Positions 12,495-25,665 of a DNA stretch of 53,342 nucleotides are shown piece after piece. The stretch's first letter is position 1. The number at the start of each line of letters is the position of its first letter. The position numbers and the translations under genes were made by a program. The notes under the pieces are model-generated. The model was given only the letters and a program-made list of their open reading frames with translations. It ran no database searches and was not told the origin of the DNA. The DNA is from Prorocentrum cordatum (lineage: Eukaryota), in the NCBI GenBank assembly GCA_963575745.1, contig CAUYUJ010000324.1:62001-115342 (forward strand), given 5' to 3'.

Positions 12495-13854
12495 CCTGCC
12501 GCCTCAACATAAGCTCGAACCAGAAGGAGAGGGGGAAGGCGGGCGGAGGGGAAAGGACGAAGGAGGGAGGGAGGCAGGGGGGAGGAGGAGGAGCAGGAGG
12601 AGGAGGAGGGGGAGGAGGGAATGGAACGGACAGTTCAGCGGACAAGACAGCACAAATCAGCATGGGCGCGCCACGGGATACGACCCAGCCCTCGAACCCC
12701 AAGGTGGACCCGAGGGCCCAGAAAGGGGACACAAGGGAGAAGACCAGGATCCGCGGGCATAACCGCGCCAACCTGCGAGCCGTAGGATTTAAACTCATTG
12801 GCGTTGGTTCCTGACACCGCGGGAATCGTTCAACCTTGAATGATCGCCTGTTTCCCGGGCCACCGGCGGCGTTCAACCTTGAACGCCCTTGCGTTGCTTT
12901 CTGCTTGCATGCCCTCTCTCTCTCTCTCTCTCTGTCATTGTCTCTCCCTCCCCTTCCGTTATCCCTTCCCCCCTTCTTCTCCATTCCCTCGACATCCTCT
13001 TTTATGTCGCGTTCCCCCCCCTCTCGTTTGCCCTTGCCTTCCATCCCCTCCCTCCCCTTTCCTCCCATTCCCCTTCCCTGAAATCCTGCCGCCTCACTCT
13101 TTGCCAGGTTTCAGGCCCCGGGGCCATCGCAGATCGATCTGGCTCGAGAAATGACGCAGAAAGATGGGGTCTAGGGCTCCGGCTGAGATTTTTCAGGATG
13201 TTGCATTTTTTTTGCGACGTCGGAGCTCTGGGCCCCTTTCCTCCCGCGGGGCGGGCGCGCGCGCCAGGGGCGGGCAAGCGCGCGCGGGGGGCGGGCAAGC
13301 ACGCGCGGGGGGCGGGCAAGAAAGCAGTGCACGGGCAAGCGCGCGCGGGGGGCGGGCAAGAAAGCAGCGACTTGACGACCTTACGCTATCTTACGCTAGC
13401 TGTCGAGCCTGTCAGGCCTGTCAGGCGGTCCGCCAGACCCTAAACAGCTTCTGCACCGGCGTTCGAAGCGTTCGAAGCGGACCCGAATCTCGCTGTTCAG
13501 GGATCCCCTGCCAAAGCTTACCTCCCCCTTCTCTTCATCTTCTTCATCCTCCTCAAGGGCGCCCAGCTTCGCGCTCTCGCGCCACCCCCAGGGGCGAAGA
13601 AACAAATGGCGAAGAGGCGTAGCCGAGCCGCGAAGCGCGAATAACTTGCCCCCCCCCCATCGGCCCCCTCTTTCGAGTCGGAAAAACTACACAAACATTA
13701 ACTTTCGGAGGTCGCCGCGGATTTCTCGCGTCGGCGCCAGGCTCCGTTGGCGGCGCCTTTGACGCCACCATTGACGCCGATCCAAATAATCTGCGCGGGC
13801 CTCCGAAAGGTGTTTATGTAGTTGTTGTTGTTATTCAATTTCTGATGGCCGAGA

Positions 13855-16406
13855 TCAGTCTGCCATCCAGTGCGCGCAATCGTGGATGCGCGTTATTAAG
13901 CCAATGGCGTACTTGTGCACGCAACTGTCAACTACAGTCAGGGAATGGCACGACCTCGCTGTTCTCAACATTATGCCCACCATGTCCTCATCTCCGAAGC
14001 AATGAAAAAAAACGGGGATTGTTGCGATCGTCGAGCGCATCAAGTACTCGGTGGTGAAACTGGTGCATCCTTGGGATGTGGGTCCACATTAGAAGATCGT
14101 CGCTTTCCCTGCTCATTTCACTGAAAGTGTACAAGAACGTGTGTGATGCATGATACAATCGAGGCAACTCGGCATCCGTGAAAAAAACTGTCAGCTGATT
14201 TGATCACGCGAAAATACTCTGCAAGACCCCAAAGACACGAGCTCAACACTGCAGCTTGCCGCTTATCATCATTGTTGCATTTTCTGGAGAATTCTAGAGA
14301 CACATCCGCTAGCCATGCAATCAACGCTGGGCTCTGGGCTGCTTTCGCCCTGAAATGCACGGGGGCACCTCTCTTATCACGCTGAAGGGCTGCTTTTGTA
14401 AACTTTCTGCACGAACGCGTCAACTTGCGGTTCGAACGCCATTTCTTGAACCTTAAAAACAAATCGAACAATGCCGCGGACATTGGGGCGTCATTGGGCA
14501 GCGCAGCGGCGCCCTCCACAGGCCCTAACTTGTCATATGCCCGGTGTTCCGCCAGAAACCATAAAGCGCATCCGATCACCACCCAAGCAATTCCAAGGTT
14601 CACGATGTGCATGGAATCTCCGCGCGTCCTCTCCAGTCTCCACCCTGGGATTTTTGTCAGCACGGACTTCTTATCACATAACTTGTCGCGCGCTTCGCGG
14701 GGCTGGGCGGTCGTGCGCCAGGGCGCGTTTGGGCCCCAATCCCAGTGCGCAAATGCCTCTAAGGCTTTGCTTGCCCAATCCCGGTGGCAACAGAAATTAT
14801 TGCGGTAACCCCTGGGGGGGCGCGCCCGCGAATGCAATGCCCCCTTGCGCTATCTTACGCTATCTCACGCCACCGCGTCGGTTGACGACGGTGGCCGAGC
14901 GCAAGATACCGCGAGAAGGCATGGCGCACAGGCGCGCCGTTTGAATCATCCTGTAAATGCAAAGCTGCAGCTGCGACCCATGATGCGCGTTTTCTTTCCT
15001 CCCTACCTTCCCCTCCTCCCCCTCCCCCCCCCCTCCTCCCCCGCGGCCCCGCGCCCCCCTTGAGGGGGGGGCGGCGGCGCGGGCGCGGCCCAACTCACGC
15101 TATCTTACGGCATCTTGCGGCCTCGCCCTCAGGAGGGCAACGACGAGGAGGGCGGGGAGGGCAAGAAGGTGGAGGAGGTGGAGGAAGATGATGAGAGGGA
15201 GGCGGAGGATGGGGGCCATACCTTCCCACCCGGGGTTGCCTGCTGGCGCTGCATTGCAGGCCTGGCGCGGGCCTCCACATAAAAGTTTCGGTGGGCCATT
15301 CCCAGTCCCCCCGATACTCATTGAACAGTCCCACATAGCCTCCAACTATATACTGGTTCTTGGCAAGCTCTGCGCGGCGGCTGCGACTCGGCCACGGCTT
15401 GCCCGTGTGATCTGTGGGAGGGCATCGCCCTGCGGTAAGCCATGACAGTGACCACACAAGTACAGCGTATAATTCTTCATCAGTTTTTCCTTTTATGAGG
15501 TATTCGTCTGGCATGATCGTGAACAAGAACTTGGAAAACAATGTGTCTGACCTGCTCGTTGTGCTACCCCAGGCAATATTCAAAATTTTGTCCCTGGAAA
15601 TGTGTTGGCCCTTGTCTGCGTGGACCCCGAGTGGGATGCATTTTTTCGGGTCGCGATGGTGCGTTTTGAATCCAGGATGTTCTTTTACCCAGGGCTTGTC
15701 CCATTCATGCTTCCAGAACTCCTCCAGAGAATCGGCGTCGCCACCAACGAGCATATATTCGAAAGCCTCGGGACCTGCATCATATATAGCTCCAAAGACT
15801 TCATGTGGATATAGGATGGTGTGCTTCCGCACACACTCACCATGATCCTTGTCCTTCTTAAACGTAATATCAACATCAATAGGATCTAAAGAAATTGCCC
15901 GAGTTTCACACCATTTGATGAGGTCCCGTTGGCAGTTTGAAGGGTGCTCGCCATGCGCACCCAAAGAGGCCCATCTCGAAGTGGCGTCTTGGTGATCGCC
16001 GTAATCGCTTAAAACATCTTGGGCAATTGCTTGGGCCTCCGCAGCCGACAGTCGCCCGCTGCAGTATTTATCCAGCAGGCGGCGCCCAATCTTGGTGCCC
16101 TGATTGAAAATCCAAAAACTGTTCGGGTTCGGGGGGAAGGGTAATTGAATTTTTCTGACAACCGCGATTCCCCCAGGCCCTCCCAGGCCCCTAACTTCGC
16201 GCCCTCGATAGGCCGCCCTGGGGAAGTGGGGCTATCTTCGCGCCCCAGGCGGTGACCGCGCTAACCCCCCTCCCTCAGTTTTCAATCGGGCGATCCTCCG
16301 GGAACACTTTCGCGGGCGGATGCAGCGCAGCAGCGGGGGCAGCCGAATCGCGGCGTCGCGCCGCTTCTTGCCGGAGGGCTGCTAGCCTCTGGACCGACTT
16401 GAGCAT
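13855..16406 (-). CDS. EnSpm/CACTA(CMC)/Plavaka-like DDE transposase, ~630 aa, 3 exons (16406-16296, 16099-15273, 14811-13855), with two +1 homopolymer frameshifts
   Basis: IPLGVHADKG (D1), YRGDWEW (D2), CCHRD, GDSMHIVNLG (DxxH motif), IPRMHQFHH, NPRFFHCFGDEDMVG (E). The GC-AG intron 15272-14812 joins in frame. Exon 1 (GA donor) is less certain. Extra A in runs 14181-14187 and 14005-14012. Confidence 0.8.
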
Positions 16407-16919
16407 GTCGGCTGCTGGAGACCCCGAATTAAACTTAACTCAAGGACAAAGCCAAAAGGGCGGGCGAGCGGAATGCGAGAGAGAAAGGAAACCGTGGAGG
16501 GGGGAAGAGAGGAGGAGAGAAAGGGAGGGAGGATGGGGGGGAAGGGATGGGGAGGGAGGAGAGGACGGGAGGAGGAGGGGGAGGTAGAAAGGACGATTCA
16601 CGTTCGGAGCAGCAACAAAAATGTAAATTCAATTCGGCCCCTGCCATGCACATGCCAGCTTCGCCGGCCTCTGATATAGCTTTCCAGCTATATACATCGC
16701 TATCGCAAGCCGACGCGTCCCGACGTGGATGCGGAACAGGAAGGGATGAGGGTGATGATACACATCGGTCGCAAGATGTAGGTAGAATAATTAAGTAGGA
16801 AGGCGCTTGAAATAGATTGCGGTCTGGAAATCCAGAAACACTTGCTTTCAACGACCAGCGAGTAAGGGGTCGGAATAATAATAATAACAATAATAATATG
16901 GATGAGGATAGAGAGAAGG

Positions 16920-17480
16920 CAGAGGAGGAGAGGTGACGCTATCTTACGCTATCTGACGCGCCCTCGTGGAGGTAGAGGCGGATGTGGAACGGGAGGAGAG
17001 AAGGATGAGGATGAGGAATAAGAGGAAGAAGAGAGGGATGAGGGGGAGGAGGAGGCAGAGGAGGATAATTTACGCTATCTTACGCTATCTGACGCGCCCT
17101 CGTGGAGGTAGAGGCGGATGCGGAACGGGAGGAGAGAAGGATGAGGATGAGGAATAAGAGGAAGAAGAGAGGGATGAGGGCGAGGAGGAGGCAGAGGAGG
17201 AGAGCTGACGCTATCTTACGCTAGCTGACGCGCTCCCCTCGAGGTAGAGGTAGATTTGGAACAGGAGGAGAGAAGGAGGATGAGGATGATGAATATGAGG
17301 AGGACGAGAGGGATGAGGGAGGGGAGGAATCAGGGGAGGAGAGATGACGCTATCTTACGCTATCTGACGCGCCCACCCTTCATGTAGAGGTGGATGCGAA
17401 ACAGGAGGAGAGGGTGGACGAGGATGAGGATGAATAGGAGGAAGACATGGATGATGGTGAGGAGGAGGCAGAGGAGGAGG
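16920..17480 (+). repeat. ~137-bp purine-rich tandem repeat, 4 copies, each headed by gacgctatcttacgctatctgacgcg
   Basis: Unit starts near 16935, 17071, 17207 and 17347. Confidence 0.88.
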
Positions 17481-17639
17481 AGGAGTTGATGACGAGGACG
17501 AAGAGGAGGTCTGGGGCAGGAAACGCGACAGGAGCCTGAACAGCGACGAGCCAGCTCCCAAAGCAGAGCATAAAATTCAGGACGATCAAAAAAAAACTAC
17601 ATAAACATAACCTTCGAACACGCGTTTCTCGAGAAGCCT

Positions 17640-20600
17640 CTAGAGGCTAATTTCGGGCCGCGGGGCCATCAAACATTGAGCTACGAAAGTTATGTGTCTG
17701 CAGTTGTTGGCGTTCTTCGCCGTCCGAGCTTGTGCCTTCGTCGCCGCCGCGACCGCGGCCTGCACCTGGCCCGCGCCCGCGGCGGTGTCCGCGGCGGGCT
17801 GCTCGGACGGCGCCTCGCTCTTCGTCGGGTCCTGGACCGAGCGCGGGAATCGGGCGCTGCTAGAAGTACCCTTGGCCCAAGGTGCCCCCAGGGTTCTCGG
17901 GGTGGCACAGGCGGCGTCCAGGGCGCCCCTCACGAGGCCCAGAGGGCCCCAGGGGCTCCAAAATGCTGCGACGAGCTGGGGGAATCTTGGGCCAGGGGCG
18001 CTTCTAGCAACACCCGAGGGAAGGAGGGGGGGGAGGGAGCTCCTCCTCCTCCTCCTCCTCCTCCTCCTCCTGCTCCTCTCATTCCTCTCGTCCTCCTCCT
18101 CCCCTCGTCCCTCCTCCGCGCTCCTCCTCCTCCTTCACCTCTTCCCCCCAGTTTCCTTCGGTGGCTCAGGCTCTGATGGCAGCTTGCGCTTCTTGATCCT
18201 CAGCGTGTCGTCGGCCGTCGCAATGTGGTCGACCGCCCTCTTGGCCCGCTCCCGGAAGGTCTCGATCGTCGAGTTGAGCAGCTCAGCATTGCCGGCGTCG
18301 CGCACGAGGCCCATGAAGCTCTCCTTCGACGCCCAGAGGTCAGTCTGCAGCATCTGCAGCTGCTCGCAGAACGCGTCCTGGAACGGCTTCGCCTTGATCT
18401 TGAAGGTCACCTCAGAAACGATGTCCGTGTATGTCTTCGTCAGCGCCCCCCATTTCTGAACGAAATCTTCAGGCCTCGTAGAGGCGTTCCCCACGCTGGT
18501 GCGCGAGGTACGGCCGCGGCCTTTGCCGCTGCGGCCAGGCTGTCCACGCCTGCTGCCGCGGCCGCGTGCTGCCGCGCCTGCAGCATCCGGCAACGCTGGC
18601 GCACCTAGAGTTGCCATCCCTGTCGTGGTCTGGTCGAAGAGGGGCCCCAAGTTGCGCGCCATCTCCAGTGCCACTTGGCAACTCAAGGCCCCGGTCCAGT
18701 GGATCGTCTGCGTGTGTTCCTTGATATATGTATATGTCTCCTTCGTGCTGAGATGCCGCTTGTACTCAACCATCGTCAGGTCGCCAGGGAAATCTGGATG
18801 GTAGCGGGCCCTTCCATTGGCGAAGCTGCTGCGCTTCACGAGCTGCTCTACTTTCTCTGCAGGTGGCTCCTGGAGCAGCTGTGTACGTTTGGCCCCCACC
18901 CTTTGACGTCCTCGTGTTGTTCCGCTTTGCGTTTCACTAAAGTTTCGGTTGCTTCCATCTTGCCTACGTCGCCTCCGCACGCCAAGAAGAGTTTGAAGAT
19001 CTCTGACTTGGATCTTCGAGTCGCCAGCCTCTCGAGATGGTTTCGCACGCAAAAAACGCTTGCTCCTCGTGCGCCTCCTCCTCCTGCTTCCTCCTCCCCC
19101 ATCCTCCTTTTTCCCCTTCCTTCTCCTCCCCATTCTCCCCCGAATCATCATCCGTCAGAGGCTGACGCCATCTTGCGGTTTCTCACGGTGTATTACTGAA
19201 CGCCCATATGCATGATGTGTACGCATACATATAATGTTCGGTTTGTAGTGCGGGAGCAGCGCGCATACACACACATATATATACACCATCGTGAGGTATA
19301 GTGCGCATGTTTGTTGGAGGTCAGCATTGCAGTTCAGCAGACATGCTTTGTGCATCGTATAAGTAAATATATGTGTGTGTGCACGTGTCAGTAGGGGTTG
19401 CAGAAGATGTGTCTTGCGCTATCTTACGGTATCTAACGGTAGCGCGTGCAGCTTGGCGGGCGTATATGCCATTGTGTTTACATATGTACACAATGACACA
19501 TGCATATATGTGTATAGGTACGTGTGTATATACACATACATCGATACACGCAGGTATACCATTTACGATATCTTACGATGTATTTTGCAAGCGTTTGAAG
19601 TTTCACATAAGGCTTTGCGCATACATGAATTTGTGCATGCACTTGCACACAGTCATGTACATGTACACAAGTATGCATTCATACACACGTACGCATATAC
19701 ACACATATATGAATATTAATGTATCGCATGTGTATAGGTGTACAATGGTGGAACATGCGTCTTACGCTATCTTACGGTATCTAATGATAGCGCGTACATG
19801 TCCATAGAAACGTAGTGCATACACATATATAGCGACATGTAAATATGTATAGTTAATGTATGTGCGTGTGCATGCACATATACTTACGCATATCACAGAA
19901 AGTGTAACTTACGCTATCTTACGGTATCGGATGCTAGAGTGTGTTGTGGAATTTGGTTCGGACGTGGCATTGATCGAACCAGCTGCCTGCTTCCATTTCT
20001 CCGCCAGCAACGGGGGGCACTCCTTGGACTCCGTCTTGCGCTTCATGCGCGCGTGCAACATGGCCCGATGGGCTTTGTCGAGGCCGTCGTGGGCGCTCAC
20101 GATTGCTTTCTGCAGGTCGGCGCGGCGCACGGTGCCATCGGGCTGCCTCGGAACTACAAGCTTGAAGGCACCCGCACCCACAGCTTCGGCATCGCCAGCA
20201 CGCGGCTCACTGCTGTTGTCAGGCTGCGGCGCGCGGTCTTGGGAAGGGCTGGCCCCCGGGCTCGGCGACTGCAAATCCGACAAGTGAACGCCTTTACCTC
20301 TGCCCGGGCGACGGTCGATCTTTGCGCTGTCCTTGCCCTCGTTGCCGTTGCCCTTGCCGAGCTGGGCGGCCTTGCCAGGCGCGGTGCCGTCGTTGCCATT
20401 GCCGAGCTGGAGGCCCTTGGCGAGCGTGGTGTTGTCGTTGCCCTTGCCGAGCTGGGCGCCCTTCCCGGGCGCGGTGTTGTCGTTGCCCTTGCCGAGCTGG
20501 GCCTGGCCGCTGCTGGAGGTCGCCGTGTCCGAGGCGGCCGCGCAGGCGGCGGCGCCTGCGGCCGTGGCGGCGCTGCCCGCGGCGGCCTGCTCCGTCTTGC

Positions 20601-21231
20601 AGCCCTCCTCCTTCTCCACCTTCAGCATGAGCCGCGCGCGCCGCCTCAGCTCAGCCAGCTTACTTTCGACGCTGTCCTGACTCATGTCCCTGCCGCCCTG
20701 AGGCCCACCCTGTGGCTGCGCAGCCTGACCAGGCGGAGCAACGCCAGGCTCTGGTTTCACTGCAACTGCAGCTGGGGCCATCAAGATCTTGCCGCGGTAG
20801 TCCACCATCACCTAGAAGCTCATCGTCATCATCATCACCGCCATCATACAGTCGAGGCGTTGACCTAAGGAACCCTAAATAAGGAACGAGGCCCCTTCTT
20901 CCCAATAAGTTCAACCTCGATTTCCCATGGGAAACCGGAGGAAAACCCGAGGCACACTTTGACACAATCAAGGAACACCGAACCACTCCCCAACGAAAAG
21001 GGTTCCTTCTTCAGCGCCCCGACTGCAAACGTCATCAGCATCACCATCATCGTCAACACCATCGTCATCATTATCATCACTGCCGCCACCACCGCCATCA
21101 TCATCAACATCAGCATCATCGCCAACAACATCGTCATCATTATCGCCATCGCCACAACCATCACCACCATCATTCACCTTCCCCTCGGCGTCCCTGCAGG
21201 AGACCATCCGGGCCCGCCCTGGAGCCGCCAT
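17640..21231 (-). CDS. Multi-exon hypothetical cargo protein (exons ~21231-21178, 20811-~19990, ~19028-18140, ~18003-17640), with local frameshifts
   Basis: MAAPGRARMVSCRDAEGK|GT...AG|VMVDYRGK joins in phase. Contains 4x QLGKGND repeats and globular segments HRAMLHARMKRK..CPPLLAEKW, KSEIFKLFLACGGD and RARYHPDFPGDLTMVEY, then a helical C-terminal region. Confidence 0.6.
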
Positions 21232-21468
21232 GGCCAACTTCTTTGAAGAAGGAGGTTGCTGGGCTTGACAACCTCTCGAGCACAAAGGCTGAAATGCACG
21301 TGCTATCATCAGATAGTACCCCGCAATTTCGGATACGAGTGAGGGGGCGTTTAGGTGGGTCGCGGGGCGGGTCGAAGGTCGCGGGGCCGGTCGGCGATAA
21401 GCCACTCACCCAGGGATGGCATATAGACCGTTCGGGCACCCTCACTCTGATCTTCAGCTTGAGATTCA

Positions 21469-22110
21469 GAACTCACGGTAACTCACGGTAACTTACGGCC
21501 ACTCTGCAAGTCAGAACCCTCGGCTAACGGCAGCCAGGGTTCCACAAATCAGAACATATGAGCAATTCACGGTAAATCACGGCCTCTTTTGCTCAAGCAC
21601 CTGCAATCCATGGCAGTCGAGCGTGGGGAATCTGCAACTCGCGGTAACTCACGGCAACTCACGGCCTCATTTGCCCCTCATTGGGAGCATCATATGTCGA
21701 CACGCAACGTTCGAGCGCGGAAGACCTGCAATGCATGGCAATCCAGCGAGGGAAGCCTGCAACTCACGGTAACTTACGGTAACTTACGGCGAGAGTCTTG
21801 GAAGGATCCAACTGGAAAATTGCAAATCACCCTTTCTCACGTGCGTTCATGCCTGGGGTAGACGCAACTTACGGCAACTTACGCTAACTTACGGCACCTA
21901 GGGTGTTTGACCCAATTGCGGTGGCGCTTAATCTGCACCAAATTGAGAATTGCCAAACACTGTATTTCCTACATTATGCTAGCTTACGCTATCTTACGCT
22001 ATCTTACGCTTGATTACGCTATCTTACGCTATCTTACGCTATCTTACGCCGGGGGCGGGCCCTCCTCACGCCATCTGACGCTAACTTACGCTAACTTACG
22101 CTATCTTACG
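21469..22110 (+). repeat. Densest cluster of the element-specific 10-mer (AACTCACGGT / CTTACGCTAT tandem runs)
   Basis: e.g. 21983-22049 cttacgctat-cttacgctat-cttacgcttg-attacgctat-cttacgctat-cttacgctat-cttacgc; 21761-21790; 21867-21895. Confidence 0.9.
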
Positions 22111-24321
22111 CCGGGGAGGGGGGGGGGTACACCACTTTTACTCCTCTCCCCCATCATCGCCGTTCTCCTCCGGTTGCGTTTCTCGCCCCCCCAGGCCCGC
22201 GAGCGGCCGGGAGAAGGGCAGCGGGAGACCCGGGGGCCCGGGCATCGATGTTCAGGGACACGGAAGGCGCAGGCATTTTGCCAGGCCCGATCTCTCCTCG
22301 TAGTTTTCGGCTGGGCGCAGCTCGAAAAAACTTGGCCAAGGCGACCCTTGGGGGAGCTGTCCCAGCTGGACAGGCGGTGCGGAGCGCCACCGGGGAGCAA
22401 GCCTTTAAATTCTAGCGCGCCCTCGAGCGGCCAGCGAACTGCATCCTAGAAACAACGTAACATTGAACGTTCGGATGTTGTTTGCGCGGGTTTCATGCGT
22501 CGGCAGTGCCCGCCCCTAGCACATGGCACGCTTCGCGCGTCATGCGAGCTCGGGGCGGCCCAGCGCCGAACGCAGGGCAACCCGCGCGGACAACATCCGA
22601 TCATTCATGTTTATGTGGTTTCTTTCTGAAAAAACTGCGCGCAGCACAGGAGTCTCTCGACAATGCCGATTGCCTGGAGGCGGAAGGTGGGAGGAGGACA
22701 TTATCTGCTCTACCATCTCCCTCCTCGCTCCATCCCTCTTCATTCTACCTCTCATCCTGGTCGGGGATTGGCAACTCACGGTAACTCACGGTATCTTACG
22801 CCCGCGTAGGCGGAGAGGGGGAAGGTGAGGATGATGAAAAGATGAGGGGGAAGGTGAATGAGAGAGGAGGGTGTGCAGTTTAACGACATTTGTTGACATT
22901 GAATATTCATATATATATATATACATGTATATATACACATCTAGATATTTTTATTCAAATGCACATTCACACATGAATGCATGTATCTATATACACAGGT
23001 GTATATATTTGCGTATTTATATGCATACGTATACAGTACAGAAATCCAACCTTACGATATCTTACGGCATCTAACGTAAGCGCGTGCAGTGTCTCAGACA
23101 TGTCGATGATATTTTTTGTATATGTATACATGTATACATCTATAGGTAAGTCGGTGTATGTGTATGTAAGTTACATACAGCCAGTATTACGCGATCTTCC
23201 AGTATATAAGGGTAGCGCGTGCAGTTGTTCAGAAAGGTCAATTGTGTACACAAGTCTACGCATACATACTTACATACATACATGTGCGCATGTGTTTATA
23301 CATGTAATGTATTGATTACACACCTTACGCTATCTTACGGTATCTAATGGTAGCGCGTGCAGTTTCCCAGCAAGGTTTTGAACATACACCCATCGATATG
23401 TACATACGTGCATGGAACTACTCATATGTTACATACACACATACACATGCATACATATGCGGATGTACATGTAAGTTACAGGCAGCTCATCTTACGCTAT
23501 CTTACGGTATCTAATGGTAGCGCGTGCAGTTTCTCATAAAGATGGTGCACATACACACGCATTCATGTACATATATATATACGTGTATGTAATTCTGAAT
23601 TTGTATACATACATATGCATACACATGTGCACATACATTGATGCGTACATTTACATGCACATGTAAGTTACATCATACTTATCTTACGTTATCTTACGGT
23701 ATCTAATGGCAGTGCATGTTTTTTCACAAGAGAATATTGTACACATGCGTGTGTTTGCATGGATGTATGTATGTGCAAAACATTGCTTGTATATACATAT
23801 CGATATCTAAATTTCACACATGTGTATCTATGTGTTGGCGTGTGCATGCGCATGTACATATATAACAAGTGTATCTTACGCTATCTTACGGTATCTAATG
23901 CTGGAGTGTGCGTTGGAGTTGGGGTTGAGCGGACCACCCTCCATCATTGTCATGGATTGACAACTTGCGGCAAGTCGAGATGAGGCCAGGCTTATATAAA
24001 GCACCCCTGCATGCTCGCATGCAAAGTGCGGCCGAACTTCCCGGGCAGTTCGGCATTCAGAGCCTGGCCTCCTTGAAAATACGATTGCTATGCGGTTGGC
24101 CAAGTGAGTCAGGATAGGGAACTGGGGGGGGAAAGGGAGGGGGAGGAAGAGTGGAGGAGGAGGAGGAGGCGAAGAGGAGGCGGCCAGAAGAGCGCGGCCC
24201 GATCAAGACAGGCGACCGAGGGGCAGGGGGTTGGGAGGAGGAAGGAGGAGGAGCGGGGGGGGGAGAGCAGAGGGAGGAGGAGGAGGAGAAGGACAATAAT
24301 CACAATTGGCCAACCACGATG

Positions 24322-25665
24322 CTACAGCACTACTGGCTCTGCTGAGCCTTGAGCGCCTGAAGCTCCGAGAGAACCTGAGGCAGGCCCGCGTCCTCCCCAT
24401 GGGTCCTGGCTGCAATCGTTCGAGACCAGTTCGCCCAGCGGGATGCCATCGTCGTGGCAGCGATGGTTCACGAACAGATTTCCCACGGCTTCACCGAACC
24501 CGATCGGGTATGCTTCCGTTCCCTTCAGAGCCGGCGCTCCCCAAACTTGCACTGTCCCATCGCTCTTCTCGGTGTAGGTGACTGTTTCGATGGTTGACGG
24601 CTGGCTGGTGTCCCGGGCCTTCCAAAGACTACTGATACTCAAAGTGTTTGCATGGAGGATGGTGGCCTTCGGACTCTCAGCTCCATACGGTTGCATCCAC
24701 ATGCGAAGCACATTCATCGAGTCTCCTAGAATATGGCAGAGCTGTTCCCATCTAGGGTGACGCTCGAAAATCGATGAGCTCGGCTGCTCCGCAATCACCA
24801 TTGCGTTGTGGAGCAGCACAGCCAAGGCCACTAACAGAACAACACGGCTTACTTGCATGTTGGCTCTCTGAACGAAGGGCTGATGATTTCCCAACGGATG
24901 GTGTTGTCGACCTGTTTGGAAGCGGCCCACCCAGACCCACGTGCTGCACGGGGGGGCAGCCCAGAGCAACCCCCCAGGTTCCAGGGCAACAACGTATGTG
25001 AGTGCTTTGACGAAGCCTGCTGTGGTCGTAATGTCATCGGATTCTGCAACGGTCTTGAAATCCAATGCCACTCCAGAGAGAGCGTGATTGCGAACACCAT
25101 TCGTGATCGAGCGACACCCTGCAAAAAGCTCGACGCTGTGCACGGGCATTGGGTTCCCGCCGAGATCCAGTAGCAAGCCGACGATTGCCAACAACATGCC
25201 TGGGGGAGTAGGAGGAGGAGGAGGAGGAAGAGGAAGCGGGCGGAGGATGAGGGCGGGGAAGGGGAGGAAGTTGAAGGGAAAGGGGAGGAGGAGAGATGGG
25301 AGTAGGGGGCCCGAATATAGGCGGGAGGGGGGGGAAGCTTAAGATACCAACCCTCAGTTGTTCTTCCTCTCCCCTCTCCTCCTCCTCCTCCTCCTCCTCC
25401 TCCTCCTCCTCATCCTCATCCTCATCCTCATCCTCCTCCTCCTCTGCCTCTTTCGACGGATGTGCAACTTACGGTATCTTACGGTATCTTATGCGTTTCT
25501 TGCCCGGAGTCGGGAACCTGGCACGAATTTCGAACTCTTCATGAGGTGGCATTGGCCTGCCAGCGACGAGCAAGGAGCGTTCGCCATGGCTACCGAGTCA
25601 TCATCGGACGCAGATGGTTCGATCCCAGGATCTTCTAACATGCTAGAGTCGCTGCTGCTCGACAT
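24322..25665 (-). CDS. C5 cytosine DNA methyltransferase-like cargo gene (exons 25665-25518 and 25199-~24325)
   Basis: Motif I VELFAGC, IV WAAPPCSTW, VI AEQPSSS, VIII YGAESPKAT, X EAYPIGFGEAV. The GT-AG intron 25517-25200 joins in frame (KFVPG-MLLAIV). Confidence 0.82.

Noticed and set aside
16425..16462. Possible spliced-leader relic (ccttttggctt, minus strand) upstream of the transposase ATG; similar weak word at ~5207-5219
   Set aside because: Match too short and degenerate to distinguish from chance.
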